Shown here piece by piece: positions 39,081-47,600 of a DNA stretch of 64,000 nt; within the stretch, counting starts at the first letter, position 1, and every line of letters begins with the position of its first letter. This stretch comes from Clostridia bacterium (GTDB lineage Bacteria; Bacillota; Clostridia; Oscillospirales; Acutalibacteraceae): the NCBI GenBank assembly GCA_017936615.1, contig JAGBFF010000044.1, positions 8,609 to 72,608 on the forward strand. Direction: 5' to 3'. Below the pieces are notes generated by a model, which saw only the letters and a list, made by a program, of their open reading frames with translations, did no database searches and was not told the DNA's origin. Made by a program: the position numbers and the translations under genes.

Positions 39081-40058
39081 TTATTCGTCTTCGTTGGCTT
39101 TGATGACCCGCCAGCACAGTGCCCGCAGATCCTCCATCGTGGAGATAGTACCTGCCTCGCCGCGGAAGATCGCCGCCCCACGCAGCTCGCGCATATACCA
39201 CGACGCGTGCTTGCGCGCCTGCAGCAGCGCGCAGCGCTCGCCTTTGAGCGACGCCGCCAGCGCTACCTGCCGACACAGGATCTCCATCCGCTTGGCGAGT
39301 GGCGGCGTGGGGAGGAGCGTGCCGTGCTTTAAGTACGCCTCCACCTGTGAGAACAGCCACGGCGCGCCCAACGCGCCGCGTCCGATCATGATGAGATCGC
39401 AACCGGTATGCTCATACAATGCGGCGGCGGATTGCGGCGAGGTCACGTCGCCGTTACCGATGATGGGAACGGATACCGCCCGTTTGACATCACGGATGAT
39501 ATCCCAATCCACGGGCGGCGCGTACATCTGATCGCGTGTGCGCCCGTGCACCGTGATGGCGGCGGCACCGCCGCTTTCACATGCCTGCGCTACCTCGACG
39601 GCGTTGACCTGATCCTTGGCGTAGCCCTTACGGATCTTGACCGTCACGGGCACGTCCACCGCCTCGCAGGTTGCCTTGACGATACGGTAGCACAGATCGG
39701 GGTCGCGCATCAGCGCACTGCCACAGTGGTTGCCCGCGATCTTCGGTGCGGGACACCCCATATTGATGTCCAGCCAGTCGGGTTTCTGTGCCATCACCAG
39801 CCGTGCGGCTTGCGCCAACGTGTCGGGATCGTCCCCAAACAGCTGGATCGCGGCAGGGCGTTCGCGGTCGGACAACACCGACAGCTCCTGACTTTTCAGG
39901 TCACCGTAGGTCAGCGCCTTGGCGCTGATCATTTCCGACACCGTAAACGCCGCACCGTGGTCACGGCAGATGCGACGAAACGCCGCGTCTGCCACACCGG
40001 CCATCGGGGCGAGCGCCGCTGCACCTGTAATTTCGATCGAACCGATAAACATAATCAC
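39081..40058 (-). CDS. dusB: tRNA-dihydrouridine synthase
   Basis: LAPMAGVADAAFR, DINMGCP and VTVKIRKG motifs of the Dus TIM barrel. Confidence 0.9.
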   Translation of the reverse strand: MIMFIGSIEITGAAALAPMAGVADAAFRRICRDHGAAFTVSEMISAKALTYGDLKSQELSVLSDRERPAAIQLFGDDPDTLAQAARLVMAQKPDWLDINMGCPAPKIAGNHCGSALMRDPDLCYRIVKATCEAVDVPVTVKIRKGYAKDQVNAVEVAQACESGGAAAITVHGRTRDQMYAPPVDWDIIRDVKRAVSVPIIGNGDVTSPQSAAALYEHTGCDLIMIGRGALGAPWLFSQVEAYLKHGTLLPTPPLAKRMEILCRQVALAASLKGERCALLQARKHASWYMRELRGAAIFRGEAGTISTMEDLRALCWRVIKANEDE

Positions 40059-40140
40059 TCCGTGTGCCTGTGTAGCAGGCTGACCGCAAGAGAAAGAATA
40101 GTGCTACCAGTGTACCACGTTTTTGTCGGGCGGTCAAGTT

Positions 40141-40701
40141 TTACGGCGCGACAAACGCGGTAATACCGTTGGCAACGCCCAACGCAAACAGCTGCGGCGA
40201 GTTTGCCATCAGCGCGGCGTCGCCGGGATTGGTGATAAACCCCAGTTCCACCAGCACCGCCGGCATCCGCGTACGCCGCAGAACGTACAGATTGGTGCGT
40301 GGGGTAACGCCACGGTTGGGAAGCCCCGTTGCTTCCGACAGATACCGCACGATGCTCTCGCCCAGACGTCCCGCCGTAGAATCGACCCGGTAAACCAACG
40401 CCTCCGAGCCCGATGCCGAGGGGATGGTCGAGGCGTTGGCGTGCAGACTGATGAAGTAGTCGGCGTCCCACGCGTTTGCCTCGCTGACACGTGCCGCGAG
40501 CGAGCTTGCGTTGGACGAGCCGAGCTGTGTGTCGGCAGTGGGACGCGACAGCCGCACATCGTATCCCTCTGCACGCAGAATATCCGCCAACTCCACCCCG
40601 ATACGGTACACGAGATCCTGCTCACGGTAGCCGTTTCCCTCCGCGCCGGCGTTGGGGTTTTGGGGGTTATGCCCTTGGTCTATGTAGATTTTCGTCGCCA
40701 T
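40141..40701 (-). CDS. N-acetylmuramoyl-L-alanine amidase (Amidase_3, CwlD-like)
   Basis: IYIDQGHNP..., ISLHANA and ELGFITN motifs. RBS aaaggagg before the Met at 40701. Confidence 0.85.
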   Translation of the reverse strand: MATKIYIDQGHNPQNPNAGAEGNGYREQDLVYRIGVELADILRAEGYDVRLSRPTADTQLGSSNASSLAARVSEANAWDADYFISLHANASTIPSASGSEALVYRVDSTAGRLGESIVRYLSEATGLPNRGVTPRTNLYVLRRTRMPAVLVELGFITNPGDAALMANSPQLFALGVANGITAFVAP

Positions 40702-40798
40702 ACAAAGCCCTCCTTTTCTCTCTACTATATGCACGCAGGGAGGACAAATTGCCGCAAAAAAAGCCGGAGACACACGTCTCCGGCGGTGGGGAAGCGGT

Positions 40799-41551
40799 TT
40801 ATTTCAAATGAAACACCTTGATAAAGCACCAGTAGGCCACGTGGAATGCCGAACGAAATACGTTGAGATGCTCCAGCTCACGGTAGACGATCCAATGGTA
40901 CTTGATGAGCTTGAACTTGTTGCTCGAGATGGAGTTGCTGCACACGCGGTAGTACATCAGCACCTCGGGCAGACCGTGTACGTATTGCTCCTTTTTCAGC
41001 ATCTTGAGCCACAGCGCGTAATCGTTGCGCTTGCGGATGTTGGGAACGGTGAATTTCCCCATCTTTTTGACGCTGTACATTACCGTGGAGTTGCCAACGG
41101 GGTTGTCCAGCAGCAGGCGATTATAGTTGGTTTTCGGAATACAGCGTTTGATCTTACCGAGCGGCTCACCCTGCTCGTTGATCTGTGCGTAGGAGGTGCA
41201 GGAGAAGGCATAGTCATGCTCCTGCATAAACGCGAGCTGACGCTTCAACTTTTCGGGATGCCACAAATCGTCACTGTCCAGAAATGCCATGTATTCACCG
41301 TCGGCGTTTTCCATCGATACGGTACGCGCCACAGCGGCACCGGAGTTTTTCTCCAGGCAGAAATAGCGGATACGCGGATCCTCCGCGGCAAGAGCCTGTA
41401 CGATCTCGGCAGTGTTGTCGGTGGAGCAATCGTCCACTGCGACCAGCTCCCAGTTTTCATACGTCTGGGACTGTAGCGAATGAATGGTATCCGTGATAAA
41501 TGCCGCACAGTTGTACAGCGGCATGATGACCGAAACCAAACCGTCCTTCAT
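40799..41551 (-). CDS. glycosyltransferase family 2 (TuaG/EpsJ-like)
   Basis: VSVIMPLYN, VAVDDCSTDNT and FLDSDDLW GT-A motifs. 250 aa when started at the RBS-preceded Met (gggaggaat); the track ORF extends to 41764. Confidence 0.85.
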   Translation of the reverse strand: MKDGLVSVIMPLYNCAAFITDTIHSLQSQTYENWELVAVDDCSTDNTAEIVQALAAEDPRIRYFCLEKNSGAAVARTVSMENADGEYMAFLDSDDLWHPEKLKRQLAFMQEHDYAFSCTSYAQINEQGEPLGKIKRCIPKTNYNRLLLDNPVGNSTVMYSVKKMGKFTVPNIRKRNDYALWLKMLKKEQYVHGLPEVLMYYRVCSNSISSNKFKLIKYHWIVYRELEHLNVFRSAFHVAYWCFIKVFHLK

Positions 41552-41861
41552 ACTGATTCCTCCCGATGCCACCGCCCGGCGGCAACTGTTTTTCAACTTT
41601 GGAAAACACATCATCAACGTGTTTTCTCTGTAACGTATAGTATAGCATATCCCTTTGTAAAAGGCAAGGTTTTGCTGTCGCTTTGAAAAAGATGGTGACG
41701 CTAAGCGGCCGTTTTTGTTTGATAAAAATTCCAGAATTTCCAAAATTTGCAGTAACAGCCACATAGGTATAAAATCGGGCGAAAATCACTCAAAAAGTGA
41801 CGAATTTTAAACAAAAACCGTCATTACTTTGTGTGAAACTTCCGAAAAAGCCGTCTGTGTA

Positions 41862-41890
41862 TTGACTTTTTGCTTGTTTTGGGCTACAAT
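41862..41890 (+). promoter_or_regulatory. promoter of the second priming transferase gene
   Basis: TTGACT, 17-nt spacer, TACAAT. Leaves a leader of about 215 nt. Confidence 0.55.
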
Positions 41891-42111
41891 CATAACGGTG
41901 AATTTGCCACTGTGTGTTTCTTTTTGGCGCTTTGCGGTGCATCGGCAGCGGCGATTTTCCAATATAGTGCGCCCGCTTTTCGGGTGCGGATCCATTGCTT
42001 TTGATCGGTATATCACAATCCCTTGTTTCATAATCACAGACGTCATACGCGGCAGTGCGTAGGTTTGGCTTGCACAGCCGCCGATCAACATGAGGAAAGA
42101 GCGAGGAAGAA

Positions 42112-42810
42112 ATGAGCGTATTGCAGAATAAAGCAACTGCAGAAGCACCTGAAGCTGCAGGCGTAATTTTGCCCTTTGAGAAAAAAGACGAATATTTTAT
42201 TGAGCATTTGTACGAGATTCCGTCCAAACCGGTGTATCGGTTTTTTAAGCGGGTTTTCGACATTCTGCTTTCCGTATTGGCCCTGATCCTTTTAGCGATC
42301 CCGATGCTGGTCATCGCGATCATTATCAAATGCACGTCGCGCGGCACGGTGTTTTACCATCAGGACCGTCTTGGTCTGAACGGTCGCCCCATCCGTGTCA
42401 CCAAGTTCCGTACCATGCACATGGATGCCGAGGTGGACGGTGCGCAGTGGTCGAAGGGCGACGAGGATGGTCGTATCTATCCGTTTGGCCTGTGCCTGCG
42501 CAAGATGCGGTTGGACGAGCTTCCGCAGTTCTGGGGCATCCTGAAGGGTGACTTGAGTCTGGTTGGCCCTCGTCCGGAGCGCGAGTGCTTCTACAAGGAA
42601 TTCGAGACCTACATTCACGGCTTCAAAGAGCGTCTGAAGGTTAAGCCGGGTCTGACGGGCTTGGCGCAGATCAACGGCGGCTACGATCTTCCTCCGGAGG
42701 AGAAGATCCTGTGGGACGTCAAGTATATCAAGAACCGTTCGTTGTGGAACGATTTCAAGATCATGTGCAAGACCGTTGCAGTCGTGTTTACGCACGACGG
42801 CGCGAAATAA
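42112..42810 (+). CDS. phosphoglycosyl transferase (bacterial sugar transferase, EpsL/TuaA/WbaP-C type)
   Basis: One TM helix, then VTKFRTM and DELPQFWGILKGDLSLVGPRP core motifs. Confidence 0.85.
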   Translation: MSVLQNKATAEAPEAAGVILPFEKKDEYFIEHLYEIPSKPVYRFFKRVFDILLSVLALILLAIPMLVIAIIIKCTSRGTVFYHQDRLGLNGRPIRVTKFRTMHMDAEVDGAQWSKGDEDGRIYPFGLCLRKMRLDELPQFWGILKGDLSLVGPRPERECFYKEFETYIHGFKERLKVKPGLTGLAQINGGYDLPPEEKILWDVKYIKNRSLWNDFKIMCKTVAVVFTHDGAK

Positions 42811-42821
42811 GAGACACACAT

Positions 42822-42851
42822 CACGGGATCGGCGGATCCCGTGATTTTTTT
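42822..42851 (+). terminator. intrinsic terminator
   Basis: cacgggatc ggcg gatcccgtg perfect stem plus T7. Confidence 0.85.
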
Positions 42852-42885
42852 GTATAAAAAAAGCCGCCCACAGGCGACGGTATAA

Positions 42886-42946
42886 AAAATAGAAGCAGCT
42901 CTTGACCGGATGTTTCTTTACACATCATTTGTCGGTCAAGAGCTGC
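42886..42946 (-). terminator. intrinsic terminator of the orphan unit
   Basis: Minus strand reads GCAGCTCTTGACCG, 24-nt loop, CGGTCAAGAGCTGC, then TTCTATTTTTT. Confidence 0.75.
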
Positions 42947-43240
42947 CTCTGCTCGCTCTTAATATCTAACATCGTTTTGGTCAACCTCTCTTTCTGCAAA
43001 GTGGCCTTCGTTTGCGTTTTCGTCTGTCACTGTCATCGTTTGGTCTGTCTCTCGAAAAGCGAGTGTCTTTGCGACTGTCGACGTTGCACCCTGAAGGCTA
43101 TTATCAACTCGGCAACCTGTAGCAGCGATTCCCTTTCATGTATCGTTATTTGTGTTTTCTTCTAACACTGTGTTGATGCTGCTGTGAATCAGGTATCCGA
43201 GTGGTTTACTTGTTCATGGGACTCACCCTTTCCTCTTTGC
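42886..43240 (-). ncRNA. candidate ~355-nt non-coding (or micro-ORF) RNA, family unknown
   Basis: Bounded by a near-consensus promoter and a strong terminator. There is no ORF longer than 25 codons with a conventional start on this strand, and no downstream gene. Confidence 0.35.
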
Positions 43241-43246
43241 ATCTTT

Positions 43247-43275
43247 ACTATACCACACATTTTTCAAAATTTCAA
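43247..43275 (-). promoter_or_regulatory. promoter of the orphan unit
   Basis: Minus strand: TTGAAA (43275-43270), 17-nt spacer, TGG-TATAGT (43252-43247). Confidence 0.55.
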
Positions 43276-43350
43276 GATGGCGTTTTGTACAAATATGACT
43301 ACTTGTAATTGTGCAAATGGTAAAATTTTATGTTAAATGCACAAAAGTTG

Positions 43351-43379
43351 TTGACATGTACACGTGGCTCTGTTATACT
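43351..43379 (+). promoter_or_regulatory. promoter-like element pointing into the 3' end of the esterase gene
   Basis: TTGACA (43351-43356), 17-nt spacer, TGT-TATACT (43374-43379). Confidence 0.4.
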
Positions 43380-43388
43380 AAAACTGTT

Positions 43389-43420
43389 GCGGCTGTTCCC
43401 TCGCCAGAGGGAACAGCCGC
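43389..43420 (-). terminator. terminator hairpin of the esterase gene
   Basis: gcggctgttccctc gcca gagggaacagccgc, a perfect 14-bp stem 8 nt after the stop. The U-tract is imperfect. Confidence 0.6.
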
Positions 43421-43427
43421 AAGTTGT

Positions 43428-44477
43428 TTACCGTATTCCGTTTTCCTTTTCGAAGCCATGCAGCGCTTCCCACGCAGGATCGGCATACAGACGGTGTCCG
43501 CCACTGCCTGTGACCAGTGCCAGCTTGCCGCCGAGAGCCGCAAACATCCGCTCTGCGACGGCGTACGCCTTCCGCACACCGTGGTCAGGGAAGATGGTGT
43601 CCTCAACGCCGTTGACGATGACGAGATTCCGCGGTGCGATGAGACCGGCCAGATCGCCCATGTCAAAATCCGGTGCAATACCCGGAATGTAATTGCAGGC
43701 ACAGTGGCGGATGTCCACGATGGAATCCTGATAGGTACAGAACGCACAGGAAGGCATCGCATACCGAATGCGGCGTTCGATACAGGCGGCGTAGAAGGTT
43801 GCCGTGCCGCCGCCGGAATTTCCCATACAGATCAGACCGTCGGTGGAGATATATCCGATATGCTTTTCGATCGCGTCGATCAACCGCATCACGTCCCACA
43901 CACGCTCGCCGATGGGCGTGCGCCCCAACAGCAGTGTCGCCATACTTTGTCCGGCTGAGCAACCGGGTGCACCGTCCTGTATACCGACGGTGCCCATATA
44001 CCGTTGCTCAATGCAGATGGCAGCGTAGCCTTCCTTGACGGCACGCACGGCGAAATCGCGGTCGTTTGCGACGATCTCTTTCATATCCTTCTTGCTTTTC
44101 GGCGTGTGGTCCGGGTTCATGGCGAGAGAGTTGTGCATACCCGTAGAGTGCCCCTGTAAGCAGATACATCCGCGCAGTGTCTCGCCCTGCCAATCCGCAG
44201 GCAACAGGATATAGCCCGGCACAAAATAACCGGGCTCACTCTGAAAGCGGAATGCCTGTACGTGACCACCGGGAACGTCAAATTCCTCGGTGATCTCAAA
44301 AAGCTCCTCCGCGGCAGGGGTGATGCGGGACAGCCCCAACAAATCCCACAGACGGTCGTAGGCCCGTTGTTGCCATGCTGCTGCATCCTCCGCGCCGTCG
44401 TAGCGAAACGCAGGAACGAGTCCGTTAAACAGCGTTGCCTCGTGAAGCAAGGCGATCTTGTTATCTTGCGGGATCAT
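43428..44477 (-). CDS. alpha/beta hydrolase (acetyl-esterase / glucuronoyl-esterase-like)
   Basis: GNSGGG nucleophile elbow, then downstream D and H (GGHRLY). AGGAG lies 9 nt before ATG 44477. Confidence 0.65.
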   Translation of the reverse strand: MIPQDNKIALLHEATLFNGLVPAFRYDGAEDAAAWQQRAYDRLWDLLGLSRITPAAEELFEITEEFDVPGGHVQAFRFQSEPGYFVPGYILLPADWQGETLRGCICLQGHSTGMHNSLAMNPDHTPKSKKDMKEIVANDRDFAVRAVKEGYAAICIEQRYMGTVGIQDGAPGCSAGQSMATLLLGRTPIGERVWDVMRLIDAIEKHIGYISTDGLICMGNSGGGTATFYAACIERRIRYAMPSCAFCTYQDSIVDIRHCACNYIPGIAPDFDMGDLAGLIAPRNLVIVNGVEDTIFPDHGVRKAYAVAERMFAALGGKLALVTGSGGHRLYADPAWEALHGFEKENGIR

Positions 44478-44611
44478 ACGCAACACTCCTTACAGTGATT
44501 TACTTACAGTATATCGGAACACAAGAGCAAAGTACATTGCATTTAAACTTGAAATTCTTTGTATTTCGAAGCAAAAGCACGGTTAAAAAGGTGTTGTTTT
44601 TTCAAAAAACC

Positions 44612-44640
44612 TTGCACATGGCGGGCAACTTTGATATACT
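44612..44640 (+). promoter_or_regulatory. promoter of the surface-protein gene
   Basis: TTGCAC, 17-nt spacer, TATACT. Confidence 0.5.
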
Positions 44641-44674
44641 TATCCTACAAAAAATCTATGAAGGAGGAATTGTT

Positions 44675-47600
44675 GTGAAAACAAGATCCGCGTTCGTAAA
44701 ACCACTGTTCAGTGTGTTGTTGTGTTTGGCACTTATGCTGGCGTATGTGCCGTCGTTCGTGTTGGCGCAAGAGCCTGCTGTTTTGGGCGATTTCACCGTG
44801 ACATCGGCTGACGGCGTGACAGCACTGACCGACGGAACCGACTACACGTACACTGACGGAACGTTGACGATCACGACGGATACGCCTGTGGTCATCGGCA
44901 TGAAAGACGGCGTTGCAACGACCGATGATGTCATCGTGACTGACAGTACGGTCGGCGAAACGACCGTCACGTTTCACAACCTCCATATTGATACAACAGA
45001 GGACGAAGCGATCACTGTTCAGGGAAGCGCGGCAACGGTGCTGATCTTCTCCGGAACCAACACGCTCTCGTCCGCGGATACGGGCATTGACGTGTCCGAC
45101 GAGACACCTCTTCGTATTACCAGCAGCGATGCCGGCTCCCTGACGATCGCTGATGTGAAATACGGCATCGCCTGCATTGCCTATTCGGCAACCGAAGCGC
45201 TGGAAATCGGCGGCAATATCAAGCTCAGTATTCAAAACTGCAGCTCCCACGCTGTGTATTATCGCTACGGTGCGGTGGCCTTCAGTGGCACACCGACGGT
45301 CGATATCGATACCTATACCTACGCGATCTACGGCATCGGTGTGGACATTGCCGGCGGCACCTTTACTCTGAAAAATGATGATGGCTACATCATCTGTAGC
45401 GGCAGCGGCAATCCGCTGACGCTCAGCGGAACCGCCGATCTGCATATCACCGAGGGCGAGCGTGGGCTGTATACCAGCGGCGGCAAGATCACCATCACGG
45501 ATTCTGCCAAGCTCAAGGTATACGGCGGCAGTGCCGACAGCAAGACTCCGGCGATCGTGGATTGTGCGATCAGCTCGTCGGAGTTGCTTATCAACAAAAA
45601 CGCCATCGTTGACGTGCACACGAAAGAGGATGCCATCAGCGGCGGTACCACCAAGATCGCTGATGATGCCCGGGTGAACATCACGATCGCGTGCACCTCG
45701 TCTTCCAGCCAGCACGCGATCCGTTTTGACTCGCCGTTGGAGATCGGTGACCGTGCCCACATTGATATCGGCATCAGCGGCAGTAAGATCTACGGTCTGT
45801 ACGACATTACTGACGGTGTTGTCAACATTTCGGGCTCGGCGGTCGTGAACATCCGCGGTGCGTATCGTGCGGTATATGCGGATGCTTTGAACCTGTCCGG
45901 GAATGCTGCCGTAAGCATTGCAGACGACTTGAATTACGCGATTTACGGCGTCGTTTCTCTGCAGGATTCCGCCACGCTGACTGCGACCTCCACCTCCAAA
46001 AAGGTGTTGTATGATGCGTTCACGGTGACCCCCGCAACAGGGGAGGCGTATATGGTCAAAGTCGGCGCCTCGGAGGAGTCGGCAACGACGGAGTATTACA
46101 AGGAAAAAACCACGGTATCTGAGAAATCGGCGTGGAGATATTTCCATGCTTCGGCGACCGACAAAGTCCCCGTTAACGTCACCTTCGACGCGAACGGCGG
46201 GGCGGCGATCGATCCGATCACCGTGACCTATGGTGAGAAATACGGCAAGCTGCCGTCGTCGGCGGTGACGGGACTTTCCGGCGGTGACAGCAACTGGTAT
46301 GTGGTGGACGAAAACGGCGCTGTGACCGAGACCAAGATCACCAAGCTGTCCACGGTGGGGCTGACGCGCGATCATCAGTTGTTTGTCGTGCGCAAGGTTC
46401 TTGCGCCGACTCTCAAGATCACGCTCACCGTACCGGGTGCCATCTCGAACGATTATCAGTATTACGTACCCGGCAATTCCAAGCGCATTCTGACGGTAAC
46501 CGTGAACAATCAAAACACGGACGTACTGGAGTACACCTATCAGTGGTACAAGGACGGTGCAGCCATTACCGATGCGACGGGAGCGGTTTTGGAGCTTGAC
46601 GGTGATGTGTCCGACAACGGCACCTATACTGTTAAGGTGACTGCCACGCTGAAGGATGGCAGCGGGATCGTTGTGACGTCGAATACGGCGTCAGCGGAAA
46701 AAGAACAGAAGGTGAAGATCCTGCACGCGGCGAACACGCTGTATTACGATGCCAACGGTGGCGAGGACGGCCCGTCCAGCAACTATACCGGTGGTGTGAC
46801 CCTCGCGGTTGTGCAGGAAGCGCCGACCCGCACAGGGTATGTTTTCAACGGCTGGAATACCGCGGCAGACGGCAGCGGTGACGGCTATACTGCCGGTTCG
46901 ACCTATACCTTTGCGGAGGACGGCGGCAACGGCGGCTGTAGCGTGACGCTGTATGCGCAGTGGATCAAGGCCTATGACCTCTACGTCGGCGGTGTACGCG
47001 TAACAGAGGCGAACAAAAACGACGTGTTCGGTGACGGCACGGTCATCTACGATGCCGAGACCAACACGCTGACACTGAACGGTTATGAGTATGCGGGCGA
47101 AGGCTATCTGTACAGACGCGGCGATGAGAACGACGTTTACTATGCCGCGATTTACAGCACGGGTTCCCTTAACGTCCGGCTGGTAGGCAGCAACACGATC
47201 AAAAACACAGCGGACGGTGTAGCCGAGAACCAATATGGCGACGGTGTGATCACCGAGGGTGACGTTACCTTCGCCGGAGACGGAACGCTCAACCTGTACG
47301 GTTCGTTCGGTGTTGGCTGCAACGGGCAAATGACGGTCGCAGAGGGCGTGCTGGTCCTGTTTACTACCGATAACGGTATCGTCGCAGGCGACGTCGTCGT
47401 GAAAGACGGCGCCGTCGTCATTGTCGAGACAGAGCGTGACGGTATCACGGCGCTCCTTGGCGGCGTGACGGTCGAGGGCGCCGAGGTGGTCGTCACCGCG
47501 TCCCGCGACGGCATTTATGCCGACGGCGATGTTACGATCACCGACAGCAGCGTACAGATCAAAGCGGAAGGTGACGGTGTGTATTCGTATGACGGCAAGG

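Noticed and set aside
41891-42111. Cyclic-di-GMP (GEMM) riboswitch upstream of the EPS priming gene.
   Set aside because: The conserved ACGCAAAGC and GNRA-receptor features were not found by eye, so no claim is made.
43098-43106. Three consecutive in-frame stop codons TGA TAA TAG on the minus strand; considered as an engineered stop cassette.
   Set aside because: This is a single 9-nt occurrence in an AT-rich non-coding stretch with no flanking cloning-site-like features. It is noted only as part of the orphan-unit description.
42902-43165. 87-aa Cys-rich plus-strand ORF (TTG start) in the orphan region; considered as a cysteine-rich peptide or bacteriocin precursor.
   Set aside because: It starts inside the stem of the minus-strand terminator and has no RBS or plus-strand promoter. 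Its composition (C/V/L/F/S) is what the complement of a purine-rich strand gives. It cannot be fully excluded without conservation data.
42886-43240. Whether the orphan RNA is RNase P RNA (gaggaaagggtgagtccc resembles GAGGAAAGUCC), tmRNA (a D-E-N-A-N-E stretch), 6S or SRP RNA.
   Set aside because: The RNase P CR-I match is broken and other conserved blocks are absent. There is no tRNA-like acceptor end and no ...LAA tag ORF for tmRNA. Size and shape do not fit 6S or SRP. A covariance-model scan is still needed.
43311-43958. 215-aa plus-strand ORF overlapping the esterase gene.
   Set aside because: It runs through a promoter-like element and a terminator hairpin, then antisense to a well-supported hydrolase. 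It has no motifs.
44435-44674. Upstream extensions of track ORFs, here 80 extra codons. Similar extensions occur at 848, 10037, 17435, 20469, 21532, 30355, 37367, 40799-41764 and 48723.
   Set aside because: In each case an internal start has a proper GGAGG-type RBS and gives the expected N-terminus (signal peptide, Rossmann motif and so on). The extensions overlap promoters, terminators or the preceding gene.
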